Of a DNA stretch of 64,000 nucleotides, positions 1 to 9,925 are shown in pieces. The stretch is from an uncultured Myxococcales bacterium (GTDB taxonomy: Bacteria > Myxococcota_A > UBA9042 > GCA-2863065). Location: contig CAZJHX010000003.1 of NCBI GenBank assembly GCA_964545715.1, positions 81,644-145,643 on the forward strand, given 5' to 3'. A model generated the notes under the pieces. That model ran no database searches. It was not told where the DNA came from and was given only the letters and a program-made list of their open reading frames with translations. Made by a program: the position numbers and the translations under genes. Position 1 is the stretch's first letter. The number at the start of each line of letters is the position of its first letter.

Positions 1-1495
1 CAAAGGTGGCCTCGGCGTCGGCCGTGCCGGTCAGGGTCTCCATCAGGACGACCTGCGGCTTGCCGATTCGCACGTCGATCTTGAACTCGCGCCGGATGCG
101 GTCGGCTTTGATCTCCAAGTGCAGCTCGCCCATGCCCCGGATGAGCAGGTCGCCGGTCTCCGTGTCCTCTTCGAAGCGGAAGGTCGGGTCCTCCTCCGCC
201 ATCTTGGCCAGCACCTCGTGCAGCTTGTCGCGCAGGCGCAGGGTCTCGGGCTCGATCGTCTGGCTGATGACCGGGTCGTAGCCGCCCACGGCCTCCAGCA
301 CGATCTGGTTGCGCGGGTCGCAGATGGTGTCGCCGGTGCACGTCTTCTTCAGGCCCAGGACGCCGACGATCTGGCCGGCGCGCACCTTCTCGACGCGTGT
401 GCGCTTGTTCGCGTGCATCAAGAACACGCGCGAGGGCTTCTCTTTCAACCCGCGCGATGGGTTGCTGATCCCCTCGCCGACGTTGAGCGTGCCCGAGTAC
501 AAGCGCAGGTAGACCAGCCGCCGTCCATCGTCCATCAGCTGGACTTTGTAGGCCAGCGCGCACAACGGGGCCTTGTCATCGGGGGGGCGCGTGCCTATGT
601 CTTCTGGGTCGATCGGGTTGGTGCCCTTCACCGGCGGGATCTCGCCCGGCGACGGCAGGTAGGCCACGACAGCATCCAGGAGCAGCGGAACCCCTCGATC
701 GTGCAGCGCAGATCCACACAGCACCGGCACCAGCTTGCGGGCGATCGTCGCCTTGCGGATCGTCGCCTTGATGTCGTCGACGGCGATGTCCTCCCCCTCG
801 AGAAAGGCCATGGCGATATCGTCGTCGAAGTCGGACAGGCGCTCGATCATCGTCTCGCGCGCCGCCGCCGCCGCGTCCGGGTCCGGCAGGCTCTCCAGCT
901 TCATGGCGTTGATCGGGTCGCCGCGTTCCCAGACGAAGCCCTCCATGGTGATCAGGTCCACGACGCCCTTGAAGTCGCCCTCGGCGCCAATCGGGATCTG
1001 GATGGGCACGCAGTGCTCGCCAAAGCGCTCGTGCATCGACGTGACCGCTTTGTCGAAGTCGGCGCCCAGCCGGTCCAGCTTGTTCACGAAGGCCAGGCGC
1101 GGCACCTCGTATTTGTCGGCCTGCCGCCACACCGTCTCGGTCTGGGACTCCACCCCAGCGACCCCGTCAAAGACCGCCACGGCGCCGTCCAGCACGCGCA
1201 GGGACCGCTCCACCTCGATGGTGAAGTCCACGTGCCCGGGCGTGTCGATCAGGTGGATCTCGTGACCGGCCCACTGAAACTGCGTGACGGCGCTGGTGAT
1301 CGTGATCCCGCGCTCCTGCTCCTGGACCATCCAGTCCATCGTGGCCTCGCCGTCGTGGACCTCGCCGATTTTATGAGTCTTTCCGGTGATGTAGAGCATG
1401 CGCTCCGTCACCGTCGTCTTGCCGGCGTCGATGTGCGCCATGATGCCGATGTTTCGGATTTTCGACAGGTACTTCGGCGTCGGTCGCTGCGTCAT
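1..1495 (-). CDS. fusA: Elongation factor G, 5' part (runs off the left edge); copy outside the str operon
   Basis: Manual translation from ATG at 1495: [50 protein letters not shown]. Missing from the ORF track because its stop lies outside the window. Confidence 0.95.
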   Translation of the reverse strand, partial: MTQRPTPKYLSKIRNIGIMAHIDAGKTTVTERMLYITGKTHKIGEVHDGEATMDWMVQEQERGITITSAVTQFQWAGHEIHLIDTPGHVDFTIEVERSLRVLDGAVAVFDGVAGVESQTETVWRQADKYEVPRLAFVNKLDRLGADFDKAVTSMHERFGEHCVPIQIPIGAEGDFKGVVDLITMEGFVWERGDPINAMKLESLPDPDAAAAARETMIERLSDFDDDIAMAFLEGEDIAVDDIKATIRKATIARKLVPVLCGSALHDRGVPLLLDAVVAYLPSPGEIPPVKGTNPIDPEDIGTRPPDDKAPLCALAYKVQLMDDGRRLVYLRLYSGTLNVGEGISNPSRGLKEKPSRVFLMHANKRTRVEKVRAGQIVGVLGLKKTCTGDTICDPRNQIVLEAVGGYDPVISQTIEPETLRLRDKLHEVLAKMAEEDPTFRFEEDTETGDLLIRGMGELHLEIKADRIRREFKIDVRIGKPQVVLMETLTGTADAEATF

Positions 1496-1589
1496 GAAGG
1501 GGTGATTACCACACCACCGTGCCCCCCTCAATCCTTGACCGACCCATGTTTCGGTGGTCTAAGCAGTGCGAGGAGCTATGCGGTCGTCC

Positions 1590-2660
1590 ATGTCTGATAA
1601 GCGCGATTATTACGAAATTCTGGGATGCGAGCGCGACGTGTCCCCGCGTGATCTGAAGAAGGCGTATCGGGGACTGGCCATGAAGCTGCATCCCGACCAG
1701 AACCAGGACGATCCGGCCGCTGAAGAGCACTTCAAAGAGCTGGCCGAGGCCTACGAGGTCATCAGCGACCCGAAGAAGCGCGAGATCTACGACCGCTACG
1801 GCCACCAGGGGCTGTCCAGCCAGGGCTTCAACCCGTTCGCGGGCGGCATGGACGACATCCTCTCCCAGATGTCCAGCCTGTTCGGCGGCGACATCTTCGG
1901 TGACCTGTTCGGTGGCGGGCGTCGTCGTCGGCGACCCCAGCGCGGCCGCGATCTGGGGCTGGAGCTGGACCTCAAGTTTGAAGAGGCGGCCTTCGGCGTG
2001 CGCCAGACTCTGGAGGTCCCGCGCCCGGTCAGCTGTGCGCCGTGCTCCGGCTCCGGCGTCAAGCCCGGCAGCTCGCCGGTGACGTGTCGCCAGTGCAAGG
2101 GTCAGGGCCAGGTGGTCATCAACCAGGGCCTGCTCATGATGCGCATGGACTGCAACGTGTGCGGGGGCCGCGGCAAGATCATCGAGGACCACTGCCCTGA
2201 CTGCGGCGGCAAAGGTCAGATCCGTGAGGTCTCCAAGGTCACGGTCAACATCCCGGCCGGCGTGGACACCGGGTCCCGCATCCGCAAGCCCGGTGAGGGC
2301 CTGCCCGGTCCTCCCGGCGTGCCGTCGGGTGACCTGGTCGTCATCGTCCGCGTCGAAGATCACGAGAAGTTCCAGCGCGACGACTGCCATGTGCACGCCG
2401 TTGAGGACTGCCCGTTCCCGATGATGGCGATGGGCGGCTCGTTTTCGGTGCAGACGATCCACGGCAACGTGCCCGTGACGGTTCCGGCCGGCAGCCAATA
2501 CGGCGACAAGGTCCGGCTGCCCGGCAAGGGAATCCCGCGGTTGAACGGGCACGGCCAGGGTGACCACTTCGTGCACCTCAGCGTGGCGATCCCCAAAAAG
2601 CTCAACAGCAAGCAGCGCAAGGCCCTGGAGGACTTCCGCGCGGCGTCGGGGGACGGTTGA
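1590..2660 (+). CDS. dnaJ: Chaperone DnaJ (class A, four CxxCxGxG zinc-finger repeats)
   Basis: [12 protein letters not shown] motif, G/F-rich region, [32 protein letters not shown]. Start at ATG 1590 (alternative 1578). Confidence 0.95.
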   Translation: MSDKRDYYEILGCERDVSPRDLKKAYRGLAMKLHPDQNQDDPAAEEHFKELAEAYEVISDPKKREIYDRYGHQGLSSQGFNPFAGGMDDILSQMSSLFGGDIFGDLFGGGRRRRRPQRGRDLGLELDLKFEEAAFGVRQTLEVPRPVSCAPCSGSGVKPGSSPVTCRQCKGQGQVVINQGLLMMRMDCNVCGGRGKIIEDHCPDCGGKGQIREVSKVTVNIPAGVDTGSRIRKPGEGLPGPPGVPSGDLVVIVRVEDHEKFQRDDCHVHAVEDCPFPMMAMGGSFSVQTIHGNVPVTVPAGSQYGDKVRLPGKGIPRLNGHGQGDHFVHLSVAIPKKLNSKQRKALEDFRAASGDG

Positions 2661-3247
2661 CAGCGCCCGCGCAGGTGATCGGCGCTCAGCGTCGCTTGAT
2701 CGTTCCTTTTACGATCAAGCTGCTCCAGATCGTGAGCGGCTATCTCCTGCTGCGCAGCCTCGTCGCCTTCGCGTCCCGTTACCTCTTCGGCTACCGCGTG
2801 GACACCAAGCTCACGTTTGACGGTCGCTACCTCAAGCTGCACTCGACCGCTTGGCTGCTGGGCCGAAAAATCCGCGAGACCGAGGAGACGATGCTGGGCA
2901 CCGACCTCGTGTCCGTGGGCGTAGAGCGGCGCTACCCGTACCTGCTGTTGCTGCTCGGCTCTCTGGGCGTGATTCTGGGCGCCGTCTACGGCGTCGGCTG
3001 GTTCGTTGACGGTATCCAGGTCAACTATGTGCCTATCGCCATGGTGGGCCTTGGGGTGCTGGGCGCCGGCGTGGTGCTGGATATCGCCCTGGGCTCGCTG
3101 GCCGATTACGTCGGCAGCCGCGCCTCACTGTTGATCACGGTGCGTACCCCGCGCAGGCTGGGCCTCAGTCGCCGATTCAGAGTGTGTGGTGTGGACGAAG
3201 AGGCGGCGCAGACCTTCACGCGCCATCTGGTGCACGCGCGCAGCTGA
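2657..3247 (+). CDS. Hypothetical membrane protein, translationally coupled to dnaJ
   Basis: 196-aa ORF with TTGA overlap on the dnaJ stop and about three hydrophobic segments. Confidence 0.7.
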   Translation: MTAPAQVIGAQRRLIVPFTIKLLQIVSGYLLLRSLVAFASRYLFGYRVDTKLTFDGRYLKLHSTAWLLGRKIRETEETMLGTDLVSVGVERRYPYLLLLLGSLGVILGAVYGVGWFVDGIQVNYVPIAMVGLGVLGAGVVLDIALGSLADYVGSRASLLITVRTPRRLGLSRRFRVCGVDEEAAQTFTRHLVHARS

Positions 3248-3253
3248 GCCTTC

Positions 3254-3967
3254 TCAGGCTTCCAGCTGACCGCGTACGAAGTCCGCCACGATGCTGGAGT
3301 CCTCGTCCTGTAGACCAAGGAACTTCAGGCCATAGCGCCGTCCACCGCCGGCTTTCGCCGTCTCGCGCGTCACAAGGGCCTCGGTTTGAATCATGCGGTC
3401 GGCGCCGGGAATCAAGAACGACACGACGACTTGATCGTGGACAACGAGTGTCTGGTTCGTCTCGACCATGATGCCGCCCTCGGAGAGGTCGCGGCTTTTG
3501 CCGAAGATCGTGGTCGCCTTGGGCTGCGTGACGCGGACCTGGACCAGGATCGAGATGTACTTGCGGTCCGGGATGCCCAGCACTTTGGACGTCAGCTTCA
3601 GCAGAGACTTGCCCTCGATCGGCGTGTTGACGACCTGAACGCCCTCGACGCCCGACCAGCCGGCCGAATCCTCGCCGTCCAGGACGACGACCACCAGCGG
3701 CGTGGCGTCACCGGCCTGCTTGACGTTGTCCGCGCTCACGTCGGTCGGCACGCCGCGCCACAGCACGAGGTCCGCGCCGTGCTCGCTCAGGAAGGCCAGC
3801 GCCTGCCCGCCGCTCATCGCGGTGAAGACCTCGCAGCCACGCGATTGAAACGTGTGGTCCGGCAATTCGAAGAACTTAGGGTCATCGCTGACCAGCAGGA
3901 CTCTCTTCGTCACGATGGCATCACCATGGGCCGAATCCTCGGACAGGTGGTCCCATCTGTCAACCAA
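3254..3967 (-). CDS. Receiver-like domain plus C-terminal PilZ domain protein
   Basis: KRVLLVSDDP receiver-like start; DLSEGG PilZ motif; RRYGLKF near the end. True start may be GTG 3913. Confidence 0.75.
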   Translation of the reverse strand: MVDRWDHLSEDSAHGDAIVTKRVLLVSDDPKFFELPDHTFQSRGCEVFTAMSGGQALAFLSEHGADLVLWRGVPTDVSADNVKQAGDATPLVVVVLDGEDSAGWSGVEGVQVVNTPIEGKSLLKLTSKVLGIPDRKYISILVQVRVTQPKATTIFGKSRDLSEGGIMVETNQTLVVHDQVVVSFLIPGADRMIQTEALVTRETAKAGGGRRYGLKFLGLQDEDSSIVADFVRGQLEA

Positions 3968-4032
3968 CGCGCGTGGCGCGGATCGATGGCGCTTGCCTGA
4001 TCAGGGGTGCGGCTGCTAACTACCACCTCGCT

Positions 4033-5199
4033 ATGCACGGTATCGCGGACATCGCTCTGGCCATCGAAGACATCCGTAAAGGACGGATGGTCATCCTTGT
4101 GGACGACGAAGATCGGGAGAACGAGGGTGACCTCGTTATCGCGGGGTCCAAGGTGACGCCGCGCGCGATCAACTTCATGGCGACGTACGCCCGGGGCCTG
4201 ACCTGCGTAACGTTGCCCAGCGAAAAAGTCGACGCCATCGGGCTGCCCGACATGGTGCGCGACAACCGGGCGCCTCTCGGCACGGCCTTCACCGTGTCCG
4301 TGGACGCCGCCGTTACGACCAGCGGCATCTCCGCTCGCGACCGTGCCACCACCACGCAGGTGCTCATGCGCGACGACTGCACGATGGCCGACCTGCGCGC
4401 CCCGGGACACACGTTTCCGCTGCGCGCGCGCAAGGGCGGTGTGCTGGTGCGGGCCGGACAGACCGAGGGCAGCGTGGATCTCAGCCGTCTGGCCGGCCTG
4501 AAGCCGGGCGCGGTCATATGCGAGATTATGAACGAAGACGGCACGATGATGCGCTTGGACGGGCTCCTGGAGTTCGGTGCCAGGCACGACATCAAGGTCG
4601 TCACCATCGCGGATTTGATCGCGTATCGGATGCAGAAGGAGTCGTTCATCAAGGCCGTCGCCGATGTCGAGCTGCCGACCGACTACGGCAACTTCCGCGC
4701 GGTGGCCTTCGAGAACGAGCTGGACACACGCGTGCACATGGCGCTGGTCATGGGCGAGGTCCGGCCCGACCGTCCCACGCTCATCCGCGTGCACCGCGCC
4801 GATCTGGTGGCTGACGTGTTCGGCTTCACAGGCGGCGGGGAGCACAATCGGTTGGACTGGGCCCTGCGCCGCATCGCGCAGGAGGGCCACGGCGTGATCC
4901 TGTACCTGCGCACCGGCGCAAATGGCGAGATGGGTGTCGACACGCTGAGCGCGTATCTCAACAAGAGGCGGGGCGACGCGCCGAAGGGGCCGGCGCGGAT
5001 GGGCTTCCGTGAGTTTGGTCTCGGGGCTCAGATCCTGAGCCACCTGGGGCTGCGCCAGATTCGGGTCATTACAAACAACCCGCAGATGCCCTTTCACTCG
5101 GTCCGGGGCTTTGGTCTCGAGATCGTCGAGCGCGTCCCGGTCGAGGGTCAGATCGAGCTGGCCAACGTCACGCCTATCGACAAGGCGCAGGCCGGCTGA
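4033..5199 (+). CDS. ribB: 3,4-dihydroxy-2-butanone-4-phosphate synthase fused to a degenerate GTP cyclohydrolase II domain (RibBX-like)
   Basis: VILVDDEDRENEGDL, PGHTFPL, GQTEGSVDL, VICEIMNEDG. C-terminal domain reads RVHRADLVADVFG and lacks the Zn-binding cysteines. Confidence 0.9.
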   Translation: MHGIADIALAIEDIRKGRMVILVDDEDRENEGDLVIAGSKVTPRAINFMATYARGLTCVTLPSEKVDAIGLPDMVRDNRAPLGTAFTVSVDAAVTTSGISARDRATTTQVLMRDDCTMADLRAPGHTFPLRARKGGVLVRAGQTEGSVDLSRLAGLKPGAVICEIMNEDGTMMRLDGLLEFGARHDIKVVTIADLIAYRMQKESFIKAVADVELPTDYGNFRAVAFENELDTRVHMALVMGEVRPDRPTLIRVHRADLVADVFGFTGGGEHNRLDWALRRIAQEGHGVILYLRTGANGEMGVDTLSAYLNKRRGDAPKGPARMGFREFGLGAQILSHLGLRQIRVITNNPQMPFHSVRGFGLEIVERVPVEGQIELANVTPIDKAQAG

Positions 5200-5202
5200 T
5201 CC

Positions 5203-5331
5203 CTACAGGATGTCTTTTTTGGCCTCGGCGGCCTTGCGGACTGCCGAGCGGATCGCCCGCTTGCGGTTCTTGCCGCTCTTCGTGAGCTTGCGCTTGTCCT
5301 GAGCCTTTGCTTTGCGCGTGTTGGAAGCCAT
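5203..5331 (-). CDS. Small basic protein (42 aa), not in the ORF track
   Basis: Manual translation MASNTRKAKAQDKRKLTKSGKNRKRAIRSAVRKAAEAKKDIL*; AGGA 9 nt upstream of the ATG; lies directly downstream of dut. Confidence 0.7.
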   Translation of the reverse strand: MASNTRKAKAQDKRKLTKSGKNRKRAIRSAVRKAAEAKKDIL

Positions 5332-5369
5332 CTCGGGTGCTCCTATCTCTTCTTTGGGTGTTTCTGTTC

Positions 5370-5825
5370 TCAGGTGCCGGTGGACCCAAAACCACCGGAG
5401 CCTCTCTGTGTCTCTTGCAGCGTGTCGGTCAGCGTTACCGTGACCGGCGCCACGCCGGCGACAACCAACTGAGCGATGCGCATCCCGCGCTCCACCACAA
5501 AAGGTTGCGGGCCGTGGTTTATCAGGATCACCTGAACCTCGCCACGATAATCCGCATCGATGGTGCCCGGACTGTTGAGCACCGTGACCCCGTTTCGGGC
5601 CGCCAGACCGCTGCGGGGCCTGACCTGTCCCTCGAATCCCGCCGGAATCGCCATCGCGAATCCGGTGGGAATCAAGCGGTGCTGCCCGGGCTCCAGGCAG
5701 ACTGGGGTTGCGACCGCAGCGGGCAGGTCAAAGCCGGCTGCGTACTCGGTCATCATCTGCGGTGCGGCGATATCCGCATCCCGCTCGGGACGAACGCGCT
5801 TCAGCTGGACGGTGACGTGCCCCAA
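5370..5825 (-). CDS. dut: dUTP diphosphatase
   Basis: [33 protein letters not shown] motifs. Confidence 0.96.
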   Translation of the reverse strand: MGHVTVQLKRVRPERDADIAAPQMMTEYAAGFDLPAAVATPVCLEPGQHRLIPTGFAMAIPAGFEGQVRPRSGLAARNGVTVLNSPGTIDADYRGEVQVILINHGPQPFVVERGMRIAQLVVAGVAPVTVTLTDTLQETQRGSGGFGSTGT

Positions 5826-5851
5826 CGGTCGTGCTCCCCAGGTGTCTTCTC

Positions 5852-8110
5852 TTAGCGACGGTCGCGACGACGTCCGCCGCCACGGTCACCACGGTCACCA
5901 CCACGGCCGCCACCACGGCCGCCACGGTCGTCACGGCCACGGCCGCCACGGTCACGCTGCTCAGCCGCGAAGTCCCGCTCGGGGATCTCCTCGCCCGCCG
6001 CGCGGCGCTGGTCGTACAGCACCTCTTTGCGCGACAACCGGACCTTGCCCTGACGGTCGACGTTGATGACCTTGACCAGGATCTCGTCGCCCTCGCGACA
6101 GACATCCTCGACCGTGTTGACCCGCTCTTCAGCCAGCTCAGAGATGTGAACCAGGCCGTCGGTGCCGGGCATGATCGTCACGAACGCGCCGAAGTCGGTC
6201 ACGCGCGCCACGACGCCCATGTAGGTCTTGCCGGACTCCGGCTCCTCCGTGTAGCTGCGGACCAGCTCGATGGCCTTCTGAGCCGTGTCGCCGTCCGTGG
6301 CCGCGATGTTGACCTTGCCGTCGTCGGTGACGTCGATCTGAGCACCGGTCTGGTCGACGATGCCACGGATGTGCTTGCCGCCGGGGCCGATGAGGTCGCG
6401 GATCTTCTCGGGGTTGATGACCACCGTGAAGATGCGCGGAGCGTGCTCGGACAGGTCCAGGTTGGGCTCGGAGATGCACTTGTCCATCTCGTCGAGGATG
6501 GTCATACGACCGCCCTTGGCCTGGGTCAGCGCGTCTTCCATCGTCTTACGACTCAGGCCGCTGATCTTGATGTCCATCTGCAGCGCCGAGATACCGTCGC
6601 GGTTACCGACGACCTTGAAGTCCATGTCGCCCAGGTGGTCCTCGTCGCCGAGGATGTCGCTGAGGATGGCGAGACGGTCATCGGTCTCGTAGATGAGGCC
6701 CATCGCGATGCCGGCCACGGGGGTCGGAATCGGCACGCCCGCGTCCATCAGCGCCATGGAACCGGCGCATACGGTCGCCATCGAGGAGGAGCCGTTGGAC
6801 TCGAGGACCTCGGAGACGATGCGGATGGTGTAGGGGAAGGTGTCCTGGTCGGGCACGACGTTCTTCAGACCGCGGTGCGCCAGGGCGCCGTGACCGATCT
6901 CGCGACGGCCGGGGCCGCGCAGGAACTTGGTCTCGCCAACGCTGTACGGCGGGAAGTTGTAGTGCAGCATGAAGTCCAGGTTGACGTCGCCGGTCAGCGT
7001 CTCGATGCGCTGGCCGTCTTTGGACGTACCGAGCGTCAGCAGCGCGATGGCCTGCGTCTCGCCACGGGTGAAGACTGCGGAGCCGTGCGTACGCGGGATC
7101 AGGCCCGTCTCACACACGATGCTGCGAACCTGCGTCGGGTTGCGACCGCCGATGCGCTTGCCCTCGTCCAGCACCCAGGCGCGGACGATGTCCTTCTTCA
7201 TGCCACCGATGTAGCCCTTGATCTCTTTGGCGCGCGTAGCCAGCTCTTCCTCGCTGAACTTCGAGAGGATGTCGGCTTTGGCAACGTCCAGAGCGGCGTA
7301 GCGGTCCAGCTTCTCGTTGATCTGAAGCGCCTTGGTCAGCGGCGCCTTGGCCAGCTTGCGGACCTTCTTTTTGAGGTCCTCGTCGACCGTGGGGGCCACG
7401 ACATCGCGCTTGGTCTTGCCACACGCGGCACGCAGCTCCTCGATGGTCTTCATGATGGTCTGACACTTCTCGTGCGCGTAGAAGAGCGCCTCGATCATGT
7501 CTTCCTCGGCCACGAAGTCCGCGCCACCCTCGACCATGCAGATGCCGTCGGGGGAGCAGGCGACCAACAGGTCGATGTCGGCCTCTTCGGCCACGGCCAG
7601 CTCGGGGTTGGCCCGAAGCTGCCCGTCAACGCGAACGACGCGCACACAGGCGGTCGGACCGTTGAAGGGGATGTCGCTGATCGACAGCGCGGCAGAGGCG
7701 CCGTTCATCGCGCAGATGTGCGACTCGTGGACCTTGTCGTGGCTGAGAACGGTGGCGACAACCTGGGTCTCGCAGCGGAAGCCGTCGGGGAACAGCGGCC
7801 GAATCGGCCGGTCCATCAGGCGGCTGGCGAGCACCTCGAACTGGTTCTGGCGACCCTCGCGGCGGAAGTAGTTGCCCGGGATCTTGCCCGCCGCGTACGA
7901 CTTCTCGACGTAGTCACAGGTCAGCGGGAAGAAGTCGATGCCCTCACGAGCGCTCTTGGCGGACGTCGCGGTGACAAGGACGACTGTGTCGCCGATGGAG
8001 GTCATGACCGCGCCGCCGGCCTGTTTGGCGAGCTTCCCGGTCTCAAAGGTAAGTGTCGTCCCGTCGAGCTCGACGCTCTTGGTTACGACGTTAAAGTTCA
8101 AATCTGACAT
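5852..8110 (-). CDS. pnp: Polyribonucleotide nucleotidyltransferase with RGG-rich C-terminal tail
   Basis: [38 protein letters not shown] and S1 domains. Confidence 0.97.
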   Translation of the reverse strand: MSDLNFNVVTKSVELDGTTLTFETGKLAKQAGGAVMTSIGDTVVLVTATSAKSAREGIDFFPLTCDYVEKSYAAGKIPGNYFRREGRQNQFEVLASRLMDRPIRPLFPDGFRCETQVVATVLSHDKVHESHICAMNGASAALSISDIPFNGPTACVRVVRVDGQLRANPELAVAEEADIDLLVACSPDGICMVEGGADFVAEEDMIEALFYAHEKCQTIMKTIEELRAACGKTKRDVVAPTVDEDLKKKVRKLAKAPLTKALQINEKLDRYAALDVAKADILSKFSEEELATRAKEIKGYIGGMKKDIVRAWVLDEGKRIGGRNPTQVRSIVCETGLIPRTHGSAVFTRGETQAIALLTLGTSKDGQRIETLTGDVNLDFMLHYNFPPYSVGETKFLRGPGRREIGHGALAHRGLKNVVPDQDTFPYTIRIVSEVLESNGSSSMATVCAGSMALMDAGVPIPTPVAGIAMGLIYETDDRLAILSDILGDEDHLGDMDFKVVGNRDGISALQMDIKISGLSRKTMEDALTQAKGGRMTILDEMDKCISEPNLDLSEHAPRIFTVVINPEKIRDLIGPGGKHIRGIVDQTGAQIDVTDDGKVNIAATDGDTAQKAIELVRSYTEEPESGKTYMGVVARVTDFGAFVTIMPGTDGLVHISELAEERVNTVEDVCREGDEILVKVINVDRQGKVRLSRKEVLYDQRRAAGEEIPERDFAAEQRDRGGRGRDDRGGRGGGRGGDRGDRGGGRRRDRR

Positions 8111-8188
8111 TGGTTCCTCCTGGTGGAGTTAGGCCACGGCAGGGAGGCGGGCGACAGAGTGTCAGTGCCGGAAGAGTGGATGCTTCAC

Positions 8189-8246
8189 GGGTTGGGGACT
8201 AGTGACACGGGACCATCCATGGTCGCACGTCACTAATCACCAACTC
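8189..8246 (-). promoter_or_regulatory. Long hairpin in the rpsO-pnp intergenic region (candidate RNase III site or pnp leader)
   Basis: Transcript strand GAGUUGG-U-GAUUAGUGAC-..GACCA-UGGA-UGGUC..-GUCACUAGUC-C-CCAACCC forms three stacked stems. Confidence 0.6.
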
Positions 8247-8292
8247 GCACCCACCAGCCCGGCCCACTTCTGAGCCGCGGCAAAATGAGTGG

Positions 8293-8562
8293 TTACTTAC
8301 GAATTCCGAGCGCGCCGATGATCTTCTTGTAGCGCGTCAGATCCTTGCCTTTCACGTAGTCCAGAAGACGGCGGCGGTGGCCGACCAGCTTCAACAGACC
8401 GCGACGGCTGTGGTGATCTTTGTGATGTGACTTGAAGTGGTCCGTCAGGTAGTTGATGCGCTCGGTCAGCAGCGCGATCTGGACCTCGGGAGAGCCGGTA
8501 TCTCCCTCATGTGTGGCGAACTTCTCAATGAGCTCGCGTTTTCTTGCTGGCAGCAGTGCCAT
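8293..8562 (-). CDS. rpsO: 30S ribosomal protein S15
   Basis: [27 protein letters not shown]. Confidence 0.98.
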   Translation of the reverse strand: MALLPARKRELIEKFATHEGDTGSPEVQIALLTERINYLTDHFKSHHKDHHSRRGLLKLVGHRRRLLDYVKGKDLTRYKKIIGALGIRK

Positions 8563-8613
8563 GTAGCGTTCCTCGGTCTTTTCGTTCGTGTCTTTTTATT
8601 TCTGTCGGCGCGC

Positions 8614-8642
8614 ACAGTACAGGCGCCTAAACAGCGTGTCAA
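8614..8642 (-). promoter_or_regulatory. Sigma70-type promoter for rpsO-pnp
   Basis: TTGACA-17 bp-TACTGT on the minus strand. Confidence 0.7.
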
Positions 8643-8645
8643 CGT

Positions 8646-9530
8646 CTATTCGGGTGTGAATCCACGCTCTACTTTCAACAACCCGTCATCGGCCAATTTC
8701 AGTATAGCGGTCAGGCGGCCCTGTGCGTCGAGACCGCGGATCGGCATGCCGGGCTCGGCGTCGTCCAGCAGCTCGATTCCGTCGCCCACGGCGACGCGTA
8801 GACCGTTGCGCAGTCGCTCGATCGCGCGGTCGTCTCCACGCGCGGTCGGCAGGTGGCTCACGGCTTCGGCCGGCGGGATCAGCGCCTCCGGGCTGACGTC
8901 GTCGGGCGAGATCGCCTGGGCGACGGTGTGTGCGCCAATCCGCGTGCGTCGCAGCGTGGTCACGTGGGCCGCCGTATCCATGTGTCGAGCCAGGTCACGG
9001 AAGAGACTGCGGACATAGAAGCCCTTGCCCACAACCATCTGCAGCTCGAGCTCAGGCGGCTCCCACGCGATCATGTTCAGCTGCTTGAGGACCACAGGAC
9101 GCGGCTCCAGTCGCGCCTCCACGTCCTCCCCGGCCCGCACGCGCTTGTACAGTCGCTTGCCGTCGATCTTTATCGCCGAGACGCGTGGTGGCGCCTGCAT
9201 CGTCTCGCCCACAAAAGACGGCAACGCGGCCTCAATCGCCGCTTGCGTCACGTGGCTCCACGACACCTCTCGAATCACCTCGCCCTCGGCGTCGTCCGTC
9301 TGAGTCTCGGTGCCGAACCGGCCGCGCGCGATGTACTCCTTCTCCTCCGCCATCAGGTGCTGTACCAGCTTGGTGCCCTCGCCCACGCACACGACCAGCA
9401 GCCCGGACGCGGTGGGATCCAGGGTGCCGCAGTGCCCGACACGCCGCAGATTCAGCCGCTTGCGGATCTGGCGCAGTACACCCGTAGACGTGATGCCCGT
9501 CGGTTTGTCGATTAGCAGGACGCCTTTCAC
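8646..9530 (-). CDS. truB: tRNA pseudouridine(55) synthase
   Basis: LLIDKPTG, GHCGTLDP, SAIKIDGKRLY, GFYVRSL. Confidence 0.95.
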   Translation of the reverse strand: MKGVLLIDKPTGITSTGVLRQIRKRLNLRRVGHCGTLDPTASGLLVVCVGEGTKLVQHLMAEEKEYIARGRFGTETQTDDAEGEVIREVSWSHVTQAAIEAALPSFVGETMQAPPRVSAIKIDGKRLYKRVRAGEDVEARLEPRPVVLKQLNMIAWEPPELELQMVVGKGFYVRSLFRDLARHMDTAAHVTTLRRTRIGAHTVAQAISPDDVSPEALIPPAEAVSHLPTARGDDRAIERLRNGLRVAVGDGIELLDDAEPGMPIRGLDAQGRLTAILKLADDGLLKVERGFTPE

Positions 9531-9551
9531 GGGTTAGATGGTCTCGAACAT

Positions 9552-9908
9552 CTAGTCGTCGGCGAGGAGCTGCTCGATGCGGCGTTGGTCGTCGATGCCC
9601 TGGTCGTACTCGAACTTGAGTACCGGCGTGCTCTTCAGGCTGAGCTTCTGTCCAACGATGGAGCGCAGCAGGCGCGTCGCGCGCTCAAAGCCCGCTTCGG
9701 CCACCGCGACCTTCTCGTCGTCGCGTCCCTTCAGCAGATACCAGTAGACCCGAGCGTGCTTGATGTCGGTCGACATGCGCACTTCCGTGAGCATCACGCC
9801 CTTCAGCGCCGGATCGCTCACCCGCTCGCGCAGCGCCGCCGCCAGTACACTCAGAATGCTGCGGGAGACGCGATCAGCGCGCTTGTATCCGGTGTTCCGC
9901 GTCTTCAT
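9552..9908 (-). CDS. rbfA: Ribosome-binding factor A
   Basis: RADRVS, VRMSTDIKHARVY, TPVLKFEYD; position after infB. Confidence 0.93.
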   Translation of the reverse strand: MKTRNTGYKRADRVSRSILSVLAAALRERVSDPALKGVMLTEVRMSTDIKHARVYWYLLKGRDDEKVAVAEAGFERATRLLRSIVGQKLSLKSTPVLKFEYDQGIDDQRRIEQLLADD

Positions 9909-9925
9909 TCAGCAACTGACGACAT

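Noticed and set aside
1496-1589. CIRCE heat-shock operator upstream of dnaJ
   Set aside because: No TTAGCACTC-N9-GAGTGCTAA match.
119-1597. 492-aa plus-strand ORF
   Set aside because: Antisense shadow of fusA; typical of high-GC DNA, with no protein motifs.
3914-4032. FMN riboswitch upstream of ribB
   Set aside because: The region is short and shows no RFN consensus.
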